A stretch of DNA of 64,000 nt from an uncultured Alphaproteobacteria bacterium (GCA_944389535.1 CALXMS010000001.1:103202-167201), one strand, 5' to 3'. Counted from the first letter of the stretch, positions 49,185 through 59,200 are shown. The notes: generated by a model from the sequence alone, not told the origin. Program-made: numbers and translations.

Positions 49185-49198
49185 TATGTCTAATTCCC

Positions 49199-50779
49199 CT
49201 ATTCTTTTCTAATAGGATATTTTCCGTCTATCAGGTTTTGACGTACAACATGATGCTTTACCTTTTGTGTACTTGTCATTGGCAAATCATCTGTTGTCAT
49301 CGCAAAGTGGGTTACCCACTTATATGATGCGACTTTCTTATTTGCTTGCGCAATTGCCGCTGCCAGTTTTTCAATTGTCATTGAAGGTTCTACGCTAAAA
49401 ACACCATATGTAACTGTTTTTCCTTTTACCTTATGTTCAAAAACAGCAACGTTTTTAACACCGGGAATTTCCATAAACATTGCTTCTAACTCATCTGGAT
49501 AAACGTTTTTACCAGAATCTAAAACGATAACCTGCTTTTTACGTCCAGCAAAGTGCAGTTCACCGTTTTTATCCATAGAAACCATATCACCCGTATTAAA
49601 GAACCCTCTTTCGTCAAAGACTTCTTTATTTACCTCAGGATTATTTAAATAACCACCAAAAACCTGATGTCCGCGCAACCATAAAACACCGACACCATCT
49701 TCGTTTTTATCACGAATTTCACATTCGTTATTAGTCGTCGGTCCACCAAATGCAAACGGCAAACGATTTTTAGTTGGTTTAGATATGCAAATCGGTCCCA
49801 CACATTCCGTCAGACCATATCCCTGAATAAAAGTTAATCCTAAACGTTCATAAAAAGTCTCAACTTCTGGTTTTGTTGCTGCCCCACCGGCAATTAACAA
49901 GCTTACACGCCCACCAAAAACGTTTAAAACCGGTTGTTGAACTTTACGAACCAAAGGTCCAAGCCCAATTTTCTTCAAGAAATTACCGTATTTTAAAACG
50001 ATAGATACCAACCACCATTTATGCTGAGCTTTTATATTATCAATTATTTTGTTACGGAAAACTTCCCACAACCTTGGTACAGCAGGTATTACATGCGGAC
50101 GATAGGTTTTAAAATCATCCAAAATATCTTTTGGGTTTATTGTTGGCTGTAATAAAACCCCTGCCCCATAATGTAGCGTAGCCAACAATTCGGTCGCAAA
50201 ACCGAAAATATGGTACATAGGTAAGAAACCGTACATTATAAACCCAGGTTGAATCCATTCATGCATATCTTCCAATGAATTTGAGCACTCTATCAAATTA
50301 AAGTGCGTCAAAGGAACAACCTTTGGTGTACCCGTTGAACCAGATGTAAAAGAAAGCGTTGCAACATCTAATGATTCTAAGTTTTCTGGTTTTAATTTCG
50401 GATCTATCTTGCCATCTTTTTTCTTTATATCATAAAACGTAAACTTCTGCGTTTTATAAAAGAAAGACTTTTCTGCACATACAATATGACAATCTGTTGT
50501 TGCCGTCATATTATCGTATTCGAATGGGGTCAGATTTGTATCTAGCAATAAGGCCGTTCCACCCAAATACCATATTGCAAACAAAGTTATCGGAAATTCT
50601 GGAATATTGTGCGCCAGAACCCCTACAACGTCACCCTTCTTAACACCTGCTGCGTGCAATGAAGCAGCACGAGCCTTTACCAAATCTATGAATCCTACAA
50701 ACGTAACATTTTCACGAACCAGAAATAAATTGTCTGGCCACGTGGCTGCTGCTCGTTCCAGTAACTGATACATATTCAT
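49199..50779 (-). CDS. AMP-dependent synthetase/ligase (fatty-acid--CoA / acyl-ACP synthetase family)
   Basis: Has the AMP-binding motif I LSFTSGSTGTPKVV and motifs II/III (GYGLTE, DRKKQVIV-like GRKKQVIVL). Length 526 aa. Confidence 0.7.
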   Translation of the reverse strand: MNMYQLLERAAATWPDNLFLVRENVTFVGFIDLVKARAASLHAAGVKKGDVVGVLAHNIPEFPITLFAIWYLGGTALLLDTNLTPFEYDNMTATTDCHIVCAEKSFFYKTQKFTFYDIKKKDGKIDPKLKPENLESLDVATLSFTSGSTGTPKVVPLTHFNLIECSNSLEDMHEWIQPGFIMYGFLPMYHIFGFATELLATLHYGAGVLLQPTINPKDILDDFKTYRPHVIPAVPRLWEVFRNKIIDNIKAQHKWWLVSIVLKYGNFLKKIGLGPLVRKVQQPVLNVFGGRVSLLIAGGAATKPEVETFYERLGLTFIQGYGLTECVGPICISKPTKNRLPFAFGGPTTNNECEIRDKNEDGVGVLWLRGHQVFGGYLNNPEVNKEVFDERGFFNTGDMVSMDKNGELHFAGRKKQVIVLDSGKNVYPDELEAMFMEIPGVKNVAVFEHKVKGKTVTYGVFSVEPSMTIEKLAAAIAQANKKVASYKWVTHFAMTTDDLPMTSTQKVKHHVVRQNLIDGKYPIRKE

Positions 50780-50848
50780 AACAAAAATTCCTTGTTGTTT
50801 TTATATTGGACAGGTTTTATTATACCCACAAGGAAAAAGATTGCAATT

Positions 50849-51619
50849 ATGAAAATACTTACATTAAATATTAACTCTATTAGAGCACACGCAGAAAGTT
50901 TCATTGACATTTTGCGTACCAAAGAATATGACGTCATATTAACCCAAGAAATAAAAGTGGAAAACGCTAATTTTCCGCATAATATTTTTGATGAATTTGG
51001 TTATAATATCAAAGTATTCGGGCAAAAAAGCTGGAATGGCGTCGCCGTTTTTTCTAAATATTCTATAGAAGACGTAATAACGGGTCTTCCAAACTATCCA
51101 GATGTAAATGCACGTTTTATAGAATGTGTAATTGACGGTCGTATACGTATAATAAACGTATATATGCCAAATGGAGACACAATTGATTCACCAAAATTTC
51201 CATACAAATTAGAGTGGATGAAAGCCTTTACTAATTATATAACACCATACCTAAACTCACCAGAACAAGTAATTATTGGTGGTGATTTTAACGTTGCTTT
51301 GACAGATAAAGACGTATGGAAACCTTCAAATTACGTTGGTATTGCTATTGCCGCGCCTGAGGCTCGTGCAATAATGCAACAATGGTTAAATGCTGGTTGG
51401 ACAGACGTATGGCGTAACATGCATCCAGATGAAATAGATTATACGTGGTATGGATACCGAGGCGGAGATACAATCGGAAAAAAACAGGGGCTACGATTAG
51501 ACTACTATCTTGCCAACCAAGCCGCCATGAAGTCTATAAAATCATGCGAAATAGATATGTCACCAAGAATGGCAAACAAACCGACAGATCATTGCGGATT
51601 AACGTTAACAATAGACTAA
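50849..51619 (+). CDS. xthA: Exodeoxyribonuclease III (AP endonuclease, XthA family)
   Basis: MKILTLNINSIRAH...DVILTQEIK is the XthA/Ape1 start. The C-terminal LDYYL...SDHCGL-like motif is TDHCGLTL. The track ORF begins 19 codons upstream. The ATG at 50849 is the conserved start. Confidence 0.85.
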   Translation: MKILTLNINSIRAHAESFIDILRTKEYDVILTQEIKVENANFPHNIFDEFGYNIKVFGQKSWNGVAVFSKYSIEDVITGLPNYPDVNARFIECVIDGRIRIINVYMPNGDTIDSPKFPYKLEWMKAFTNYITPYLNSPEQVIIGGDFNVALTDKDVWKPSNYVGIAIAAPEARAIMQQWLNAGWTDVWRNMHPDEIDYTWYGYRGGDTIGKKQGLRLDYYLANQAAMKSIKSCEIDMSPRMANKPTDHCGLTLTID

Positions 51620-51620
51620 A

Positions 51621-54125
51621 TTAATCGTTGCATCTGGCCAAATCGTCATACATTTTATATTTAAGTTCGTTAGTCTTACGATATTCATATGGTGCGCGTC
51701 CGACAAAGAACACATCTATCATCTGTTTAGCTTTATCTACAGCAGCATCTATCATTTTTTGGGTTGTATCTGCGTCATAACATATTGTACGAACGTCACC
51801 ATTTTTTAATTGTAAAAATGTCATGACCGGCGTTTTAGATTTGATTGTTGTTTTAATCGGGAAGGATTCTTTTTGTAACATGTACGCCTCTAAAGGCAAC
51901 TGCGGCATATTTCCTTGTTCTAATTGACTTTTTGTCGGAACAGCGCCGGTTTTAATATCTAGCACCCCCCCATCCCAAACACGATCTGCACGGGCACGTA
52001 TATTATGACCATCAATAGTAACCACACCTTCTATTTCCGGTATAGAATTTATAATATCTGGCATAAATTTTGAAACGACACTGGAAATTTCTATAAATCT
52101 TTTATGCCAAAAATAAAATAACACACTATCGCCACCTAACTTTTCTAGCGCATGCGTATCCATTTCTTTCAATAAATAATTTTGTGAAAAATCTTTAGCT
52201 TTTTCTATAACCTCATGTACAAGGTTTCCAAAATCACGCGCATCAGGAGTTGCCCAATAATCATTTAAAACACGTAATCGCAACATATGACGTACATAAA
52301 ATGCGTATGGGTTATGTATTAATAATTCTAATTCAGTAACATATATATCATTCCAATCTTCCGGTGGTACTGGCGCAGAATAATCCAGCGGCATAGATGC
52401 GACAATATCATATCCCCGTACCTTTTCTAAAATTTGCTGCGCTGCTTTGATATCATACTTTCCTTCTCTTACATCTACACGAGACAAAAACCTAGACTGC
52501 ACAGTCTTTACGCCACCTGAAGAAAAACTTCGTGTCCAATAAACTTCTTTTCCGCAAGAAAGATTCATAAAATCTAATGATTGTAAAGATACTTTTCTAT
52601 CCGGTGATGGCAAGCCAATTTTCTCTGCAACGTCACGTGGCAGCCAAGCATTTTCATACCCACGCGATGGAAACATACCGTCATTTAATCCAGTCAAAAT
52701 AACCACATCTGCTGTTTGCATTCTTGATTCTATCGTGCCAAGAACGCTGATCTTAGATTCGTTATTTATGTTATTACGTATCTGTAAAGAACCGATTGTA
52801 TCAGAAATAAGAGACCGTATATCTCTCAAACCAACCGTCAGATTTGAACGTGTTAAACAATCAGATAAATTTTTTATTGCCTTCCATATCTGAATTGAAT
52901 CAGGACTATCAGTTTCAAAACTTGGTAAGAAATTAAACTGACATTCATCAACCATATGAATGATCGCCTCTGTTAAATTATAATCGCATGCAGAGTACAA
53001 ATTATCAAATATAGAACTTTTTCCTTGATCCAACCATTCATCAAGTTTGTTTAATAACGCCCTTCCCGCAGAGGTCATATTTCCAGGTGTTCCACCAGAA
53101 AAATCTGCAGTTAAACCACGTGCAGCAAAAGCCGACGCTATACGCTGGTTTCCCGCAGAATCAGGTGTAATGACCAAAACGCTTTTCCCATTCTTTACCG
53201 CCTGATTACCGATTTCCGCAACGACTGCGGCTTCTTCACTTTCTCGCTCACAATTTATCAGATGACAGTTTGATAAATCACAACTACAACTAGGATGAGC
53301 CGTATTATTACTAAATGCAAAGTTAAAAAAATCCATTGGGCTATGTCCAACGTTTATCGGTATCAAATCTTTCGGCGTAATACCAATCTTTGATAAAAAC
53401 CTATATTCCGAATTATACGGATTTGTGTTTAAATTAAAATCTGCAAAATCACCGTCTATATGACCAGACAATATAATGCACCCTTTTTCTAACTTTGCTA
53501 TTGCCGTCATTAAATCTGCAGTTGCAGGTACACTAGCCGTAGAACCGCATACAATAACTAATTTATATTTATTTAAATATTTTATCCATGCACGTATTTC
53601 TTCGTTTCTTACCTGGGTTTCTGTTGGTCTATTATCAGACATTTCTGATTGTACCATTGATAATATATTTAATAACTTTGCTTTGCGTTGGAAATGAACT
53701 GCATACTTTTCATCTACCAAAGCACTCCAATCTATTTGCGCGGCATCTATTCCTTCATTTTCCAAATAATCTTGCATTCTTATCAAATCATGAGCCAACG
53801 GTAACGCATTAGTAATATTTCCAATAATTTCATCTGCTGCCAATAATTTAGCCGCTATAACAACGCGCATAGTTTTAGATACCGCTTCTGATTTCTCTTC
53901 TTCAATATCATCTATTCCTTCACCAAGAGCCACTAATTTTGGCAAAATAATACTATGCCCTGCCTTATCAACTAAAAACCTTTCTACAGATCGGACCGCA
54001 CGACGACTTGGAAGAAAAATTAACATATCAGAATAATCAATACCCGAGCCTTGTAATACTTTATACAAAGCATCTAACATATGTGCAGGATTTGTCGCAT
54101 AAAATATATTTTTATTTGATCCCAA
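51621..54125 (-). CDS. PD-(D/E)XK nuclease-family protein, AddB-like double-strand-break repair nuclease subunit
   Basis: 834 aa. The C-terminal IRARADRVWDGGVLDIKTGAVP matches the AddB/RecB nuclease motif (g.IDRvD....g..iiDYKTG). The N-terminal region is inactivated-helicase-like. No addA/UvrD-type partner is adjacent. Confidence 0.5.
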   Translation of the reverse strand: MGSNKNIFYATNPAHMLDALYKVLQGSGIDYSDMLIFLPSRRAVRSVERFLVDKAGHSIILPKLVALGEGIDDIEEEKSEAVSKTMRVVIAAKLLAADEIIGNITNALPLAHDLIRMQDYLENEGIDAAQIDWSALVDEKYAVHFQRKAKLLNILSMVQSEMSDNRPTETQVRNEEIRAWIKYLNKYKLVIVCGSTASVPATADLMTAIAKLEKGCIILSGHIDGDFADFNLNTNPYNSEYRFLSKIGITPKDLIPINVGHSPMDFFNFAFSNNTAHPSCSCDLSNCHLINCERESEEAAVVAEIGNQAVKNGKSVLVITPDSAGNQRIASAFAARGLTADFSGGTPGNMTSAGRALLNKLDEWLDQGKSSIFDNLYSACDYNLTEAIIHMVDECQFNFLPSFETDSPDSIQIWKAIKNLSDCLTRSNLTVGLRDIRSLISDTIGSLQIRNNINNESKISVLGTIESRMQTADVVILTGLNDGMFPSRGYENAWLPRDVAEKIGLPSPDRKVSLQSLDFMNLSCGKEVYWTRSFSSGGVKTVQSRFLSRVDVREGKYDIKAAQQILEKVRGYDIVASMPLDYSAPVPPEDWNDIYVTELELLIHNPYAFYVRHMLRLRVLNDYWATPDARDFGNLVHEVIEKAKDFSQNYLLKEMDTHALEKLGGDSVLFYFWHKRFIEISSVVSKFMPDIINSIPEIEGVVTIDGHNIRARADRVWDGGVLDIKTGAVPTKSQLEQGNMPQLPLEAYMLQKESFPIKTTIKSKTPVMTFLQLKNGDVRTICYDADTTQKMIDAAVDKAKQMIDVFFVGRAPYEYRKTNELKYKMYDDLARCND

Positions 54126-54666
54126 GTATTATCCTTAATGGTTCTAAACCTGTTTTCTTTTCTGCTGATGTTTCTAAAATTTCAGAAGACATCGCAGGAT
54201 GTTTTTCGTGATTTAGTTCTTGCTGTGATTTCTCACGCACACGTTTATCTTTTTTTGTGTATACGATCTGATAAGGTATACCATTTATATCGCAAAAATT
54301 CATTACATCTAAATCTGAATCGCGCGCCCCTATACGAGAATCAATTAAGATAAACAGTTTTCTTAACTGGCTGCGCTTCATTAAATACTCTTCCAATCGA
54401 CGTAACCACATCAAAGAATCTGCTCTAGATACTTTTGCATATCCGTACCCCGGTAAATCAACAATCATTATTCTGTCATCTACATTAAATAAATTTAACG
54501 TTTGTGTACGACCTGGTGTGTTTGAAGTACGAGCAACCTTTTCCTTAACAATTGCATTTATCAAAGATGATTTACCAACGTTGCTTCGTCCAATAAAAGC
54601 ATACTCAGGGAATTGCGTATTTGGCAAAGCAGAAACGGTATCAAAACTACCTATAAACTTTATCAT
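54112..54666 (-). CDS. engB: Ribosome biogenesis GTP-binding protein YihA/YsxC (EngB)
   Basis: Has the G1 motif FIGRSNVGKSSLINAI and DLPGYGYA. Length 184 aa. Confidence 0.85.
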   Translation of the reverse strand: MIKFIGSFDTVSALPNTQFPEYAFIGRSNVGKSSLINAIVKEKVARTSNTPGRTQTLNLFNVDDRIMIVDLPGYGYAKVSRADSLMWLRRLEEYLMKRSQLRKLFILIDSRIGARDSDLDVMNFCDINGIPYQIVYTKKDKRVREKSQQELNHEKHPAMSSEILETSAEKKTGLEPLRIILGIK

Positions 54667-55493
54667 TTGTCATCCCCTTTTTTTAACATACGTTTATAGG
54701 CCTCTTTTTTTGATATCCCAGCACGTTTAGCCAAATCTGCCGCAGCCCCTTTTGTAGATTTATCGGCTGCTATATCATTTATTATATTAGATATTTCATT
54801 TTCAGTCATTTTATGTTCTGGCGCCGGAGAAACTACTATTACAATTTCTCCACGAGGTGGCTCTATATGCAACAAATCTGCTGGATATCCTATAATAGTC
54901 TCTTCGTGTAACTTTGTTATTTCTCTAACAATAGCAATTTGACGTTCTGGCATTACACTGTTAATAGCTGCAATTGTCGTCATAATCCGATTAGGGCTTT
55001 CATAATAAATTATAGTGTGGCGAATTTTATTGTCATCACGTAGTTTCTTTTCATCAAAGAACCCGCAAAATGTAAACCTGTCTGTCGGGAACCCCGACAA
55101 AACCAGTGCAGAAATTGCCGCAATGGGACCGGGCACAACATATACCGGTATCGAAGCTTCACGAGCCGCCCGAACAATTCTAAACCCCGGATCGCTTATT
55201 CCTGGCATACCTGCGTCAGATACTGTGGCAATAGACATACCAGATAATAATTTTTCAATTAAATCTGGAATAACCTCGCGCTCGTTATGTTCATGACAAG
55301 AAATACGAGGCGTTTTTATACCAAAATGTGTTGCAAGTTTAGCAAACACTCTTGTATCTTCGGCTGCTATTAAATCAACATTTTTTAAAACGTCAATGGC
55401 TCGCGAAGACATATCTGACAAATTTCCTATTGGCGTGCCGACAATATAAAGCCCAGATTGCATTGTAAATCCTTTTATAGTAGAATAATACAA
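54663..55493 (-). CDS. rsmI: 16S rRNA (cytidine1402-2'-O)-methyltransferase RsmI
   Basis: LYIVGTPIGNLSDMSSRAIDVLKNVDLIAAEDTR is the conserved RsmI tetrapyrrole-methylase N-terminus. Length 276 aa. Confidence 0.9.
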   Translation of the reverse strand: MYYSTIKGFTMQSGLYIVGTPIGNLSDMSSRAIDVLKNVDLIAAEDTRVFAKLATHFGIKTPRISCHEHNEREVIPDLIEKLLSGMSIATVSDAGMPGISDPGFRIVRAAREASIPVYVVPGPIAAISALVLSGFPTDRFTFCGFFDEKKLRDDNKIRHTIIYYESPNRIMTTIAAINSVMPERQIAIVREITKLHEETIIGYPADLLHIEPPRGEIVIVVSPAPEHKMTENEISNIINDIAADKSTKGAAADLAKRAGISKKEAYKRMLKKGDDK

Positions 55494-55499
55494 AAATAA

Positions 55500-57134
55500 A
55501 TGGATTTTTCAATGTATATGAAAAGAATTTTTAGATTTTTAGCATTACTAACCATTACCGGTTGCGCCACAGAAACTCCGCAACAAAGTCCTTGGTTTAA
55601 TGAATATGGGACTATGGAAACGGGTATACCGATTCAAATGCAATATGGTTCACCAGACATGCAACCAGGAAGCCCTACAGACAATCTTCTTGGTGCACCA
55701 GTACATCGTATGGCTGTAATGTTACCTCTAACTGGGGATGCAGCTGCAACAGGTAAATCCATACGTACATCTATTGAAACAGCTGTTCTACAAAATGCAC
55801 CAAGAAATTTATCTGTTACTTTTTATGATACTGCAACAAATATTTCTGATACAATAAATGAAGTTTTATTGGACAATCCAGAGGTTATAATAGGACCTAT
55901 TTTTGCAGAAGAAGTCCGAACATTGCGCGATAATAAACCAGAAATCTTACCGGTTCTTTCTTTTACATCCGACGCAACTGCTGTTGGTAACGGTGTAATG
56001 ACAATGGCTCTAATGCCTACAAACAGCGTTGAATCGATTATAAAAGAAATGTCCATAGATGGTATAAAGGGTTTTGTAATCTTAGCACCGGATACAGAGT
56101 CTGGAAAACTTATGGCTGGTACAGCATTAAGTGCAGCTGAAATTTATAACGTTCCTATTTCTGGTATATTCTATTATAAAGAAAATAATTCAGAATCTAT
56201 TAAAAACACAAGTATGGAAGCATCAATGAATTCTGCCAGAACGGCGGCACACACGCGGGCCAGAGAAGTATTATCAGACATATTGACAACAGAACGTTTA
56301 ACTGCGCTTGAAAAATCGTCGCTAACGCTGCAGCTAGAAAGATTATCAAAAACAGAAACTTTAGGGGCTTTGCCTTATAACGCTGTACTATTTCTTGGCA
56401 ATGGCGACGATACGGAAAGCTTGGCTTCATTTCTAAGATATTATGGCGTAACCTCTCGGGAAGCACGTTTCTACGGTACTGCCCTATGGGAAGGTTCCGA
56501 TATTTTAACAGACTTTAATATGACAGGGGCAAAATACGCAGTTTTACCTGACACAGCCCCAGAATTTTCTAATTTATATGAACGGGTTTCTGGGACTATC
56601 CCTGGGCGTCTGGCCGGTTTTGGTTATGACGCCGCAAATATGGCAATGGGAATGATTTATTCTAATAAATCAGATGCAGCATATTTATTGGATCCCAGCG
56701 GTTATGCTGGCGTAGAAGGGTTGTATCGTTTAAAACCTACTGGTGAAAATGAACGTGCGTTGCAAATAGTCCAAATTTCTAATAATGGTTCGACACAAGT
56801 TGTAAGATATGCGCCTATGAATTTTTTAAGACCGATATATTCTTTGGAACAAGGGAAAGTTAAGCCAGCGTCTAGAATGGAACTAGAAACCCCTGGTATA
56901 AATCCAAACGATTATATAAGCATACCACAGCGTCTTACAAATAAATATAAATCGAAAACCTATGGTGCACATATGAATTACTCATCGCCAACAACATCTT
57001 TGTATGATCAACAAAGTATTGTAATTTTACCAGAAGACGATAGCGATGATGTGTTTATGTCTCCGGACTTTCAACCTGTTGAACTTGAATCAATAAATCG
57101 AACCTATATTGACAGTATTGAAATAGAAGAATAA
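55500..57134 (+). CDS. LpoA-like lipoprotein (periplasmic-binding-protein type I fold; putative penicillin-binding-protein activator)
   Basis: Has a lipoprotein signal with lipobox (FRFLALLTITGC). The leucine-binding-protein-like core has HRMAVMLPLTGDAAATGKSI...VIIGPIF. It is divergently adjacent to rsmI, as in the conserved rsmI(yraL)-lpoA(yraM) arrangement of other proteobacteria. Confidence 0.5.
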   Translation: MDFSMYMKRIFRFLALLTITGCATETPQQSPWFNEYGTMETGIPIQMQYGSPDMQPGSPTDNLLGAPVHRMAVMLPLTGDAAATGKSIRTSIETAVLQNAPRNLSVTFYDTATNISDTINEVLLDNPEVIIGPIFAEEVRTLRDNKPEILPVLSFTSDATAVGNGVMTMALMPTNSVESIIKEMSIDGIKGFVILAPDTESGKLMAGTALSAAEIYNVPISGIFYYKENNSESIKNTSMEASMNSARTAAHTRAREVLSDILTTERLTALEKSSLTLQLERLSKTETLGALPYNAVLFLGNGDDTESLASFLRYYGVTSREARFYGTALWEGSDILTDFNMTGAKYAVLPDTAPEFSNLYERVSGTIPGRLAGFGYDAANMAMGMIYSNKSDAAYLLDPSGYAGVEGLYRLKPTGENERALQIVQISNNGSTQVVRYAPMNFLRPIYSLEQGKVKPASRMELETPGINPNDYISIPQRLTNKYKSKTYGAHMNYSSPTTSLYDQQSIVILPEDDSDDVFMSPDFQPVELESINRTYIDSIEIEE

Positions 57135-57205
57135 GTACTTTATTTCTTGAAAACCGTTATATATAAATTAACATAAGGACATCAAGTAAATCTAAGGGTA
57201 TCGTT

Positions 57206-58906
57206 ATGAACATTTACAAAGCAATATCTAAATCCGTTATTGACAAGATAACACAAGTCCCAGAAATAAAGAACTTTATTACATCAGACATTTTAAATGC
57301 CATGAGTATTGAAATACCAAAAGTTCGTGATTTTGGTGATTTTTCTACTAACGTTGCAATGTTACTGGCTAAAACATTGGGTAAAAAACCACGTGACATA
57401 GCAGATGCGCTGGTTCCATATTTAAAGCAGATACCAAACGTTGCAAGTGTTTCTGTCGCGGGTCCTGGGTTTATAAATTTAAAACTTAAAGATGATTATA
57501 TTAAGGAACTATCATTTAAAGAAGATACGCCCCAGAATCTTAGTAACGGTAAAAAAATAGATTTAGATTACGGTGGTTATAACGTCGGTAAAAACCTTCA
57601 TATAGGCCATCTTAGGACAACTGTGGTTGGCGATACATTTAATAGAATATCAAAATATCTTGGTTATAAAACAAAAGCTTACAACCATATGGGTGATTGG
57701 GGACGTCCTATGGGTTTAATAATTGCGTGGGTACTAGAAAACGGCATGCCGAAAAACGTTGATGACGTTAATCGTATGTACCCTGCTTCGTCGGCGCGTG
57801 CCAAAGAAGATCCAGATTGGTTAGAAAAAGCACAAAAAATAACAGTTGAATTACAAAACGGTAATCCTGAATATAAAAAAATATATGATACATTTATACC
57901 GATGTCCTTGGGGCAAGTTGACAGACTACTGACGCGACTAAACATATTGCCATTTGATGAAAATAAAGGTGAACGCTTAATCGCTGAATATGTTCCGGAC
58001 GTACAAAAAATTTTAGAACAAAAAGGTTTGATAGAACACAGTGATGGTGCAGAAATCATATCTGTAAAACAAGACAGCGATACAGAACCCATGCCACCAG
58101 TAATGTGGAAATCCAGTGCCGGTGCACAGACATATGCAGCAGCTGATTTGACGGCCATTTATTACCGTGAAAAAACAGACAACCCAGATGCTATTATATA
58201 TTTTACTGACAATCGTCAAACCTTGCATTTTAAACAAATCTTTCGTGCAGCCCGTATGGCTGGTTTTGCGAATGACGCTGAATTACAGCACATAGGTTTT
58301 GGTACAATAACCGGTGCTGATGGTAAACCTTTTAAAACGCGCGACGGCAACGTTCCAAGTTTAGACGAAATGTTGAATATAGTTGCAGAATCTGTAAAAA
58401 ATCGTGTTAAAGAATCCGGTAAAATTTTACCAGATTCCACAATCGAAATGATTGCCCTAGCGGCGTTAAAGTTTAATGATTTAATGCACGATGTAAAATC
58501 AGACTATATATTTGATGTAGATGCGGTTACAAACTTTGAAGGACGTACAGGTCCATATATTCTTTACACAGCAGTAAGATTAAATTCAATATTAAAAAAG
58601 ATCTCTTTGGTATCAGATGTTCAAGATTGTGAATTATCAGCCGAAGAAAGAGATGTACTTATGTTCTTACTGGATTTTGACCGCACAGTAGAGGTTGCTT
58701 TTGAAAAGCGTGCCCCATATATATTGGCGAATTACGCATATGATTTATGTAAACTTATAAACACTTTTTATCACAACTGCCCTATTATGCGCGATGATAT
58801 AGAAGACAAAGTAAAATCTAAACGCATAAAGATAGTAAATCAATCTGTAAAAACGTTATCCAAAGCGATTGATTTAATGGGTTTAAAAGTTCCTGATGAA
58901 ATGTAA
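57206..58906 (+). CDS. argS: Arginine--tRNA ligase
   Basis: Has the N-terminal Arg_tRNA_synt_N domain and the class-I HIGH motif (NLHIGHLRTTVVGD). The DALR anticodon-binding domain ends in ...GLKVPDEM. Length 566 aa. Confidence 0.9.
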   Translation: MNIYKAISKSVIDKITQVPEIKNFITSDILNAMSIEIPKVRDFGDFSTNVAMLLAKTLGKKPRDIADALVPYLKQIPNVASVSVAGPGFINLKLKDDYIKELSFKEDTPQNLSNGKKIDLDYGGYNVGKNLHIGHLRTTVVGDTFNRISKYLGYKTKAYNHMGDWGRPMGLIIAWVLENGMPKNVDDVNRMYPASSARAKEDPDWLEKAQKITVELQNGNPEYKKIYDTFIPMSLGQVDRLLTRLNILPFDENKGERLIAEYVPDVQKILEQKGLIEHSDGAEIISVKQDSDTEPMPPVMWKSSAGAQTYAAADLTAIYYREKTDNPDAIIYFTDNRQTLHFKQIFRAARMAGFANDAELQHIGFGTITGADGKPFKTRDGNVPSLDEMLNIVAESVKNRVKESGKILPDSTIEMIALAALKFNDLMHDVKSDYIFDVDAVTNFEGRTGPYILYTAVRLNSILKKISLVSDVQDCELSAEERDVLMFLLDFDRTVEVAFEKRAPYILANYAYDLCKLINTFYHNCPIMRDDIEDKVKSKRIKIVNQSVKTLSKAIDLMGLKVPDEM

Positions 58907-58950
58907 AAAGCACCGATTATATTGTAGTATATAATGATAACATAAAACAA

Positions 58951-58973
58951 AAACCGACCTATTAGGTCGGTTT
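58951..58973. terminator. Bidirectional terminator shared by argS(+) and the tRNA-Gly/Tyr transcript(-)
   Basis: AAACCGACCT-att-AGGTCGGTTT is a perfect 10-bp stem. On the minus strand it is followed by TTTTTGTTTTAT. Confidence 0.55.
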
Positions 58974-58979
58974 GTATTC

Positions 58980-59066
58980 TGGTGGGAGTGGGTGGATTCG
59001 AACCACCTCAGGCTTAAGCCAACAGATTTACAGTCTGCCCCGGCTCTCCAACTCCGGCGCACGCCC
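58980..59066 (-). tRNA. tRNA-Tyr (anticodon GUA), type II with a long variable arm
   Basis: Reverse complement is GGGCGTGCGCCGGAGTTGGAGAGCCGGGGCAGACTGTAAATCTGTTGGCTTAAGCCTGAGGTGGTTCGAATCCACCCACTCCCACCA (87 nt). Has the anticodon loop CUGUAAA, a GGTGG/CCACC T-stem with TTCGAAT loop, a long variable hairpin and encoded CCA. One apparent C4.U69 acceptor mismatch and C8 may be reading errors of +/-1 nt. Confidence 0.6.
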
Positions 59067-59073
59067 AATCCCT

Positions 59074-59148
59074 TGGTGCGGGCAGCGGGAATCGAACCCG
59101 CATTTCAAGCTTGGAAGGCTTGCATACTAGCCTTTGTACTATGCCCGC
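59074..59148 (-). tRNA. tRNA-Gly (anticodon UCC)
   Basis: Reverse complement is GCGGGCATAGTACAAAGGCTAGTATGCAAGCCTTCCAAGCTTGAAATGCGGGTTCGATTCCCGCTGCCCGCACCA. Clean cloverleaf with U8, A9, anticodon loop CUUCCAA, a GCGGG/CCCGC T-stem with TTCGATT loop, a 7-bp acceptor stem and encoded CCA. Confidence 0.75.
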
Positions 59149-59154
59149 AACAAA

Positions 59155-59200
59155 TTCAAAGCCCTGTGATTATATAATATTTTTACCTGAACGCAAGCAT
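59155..59200 (-). promoter_or_regulatory. Probable promoter region for the tRNA-Gly/tRNA-Tyr transcript
   Basis: An AT-rich stretch sits immediately upstream (on the minus strand) of the tRNA-Gly 5' end. It contains a TATAAT-like hexamer (ggtaaaaatattatataatca on minus). No experimental support. Confidence 0.25.

Noticed and set aside
55823-56466. Minus-strand ORFs 55823..56056 and 56200..56466 inside the lpoA-like gene
   Set aside because: They are antisense to a gene with a clear lipoprotein signal and conserved fold. They are short and lack an RBS.
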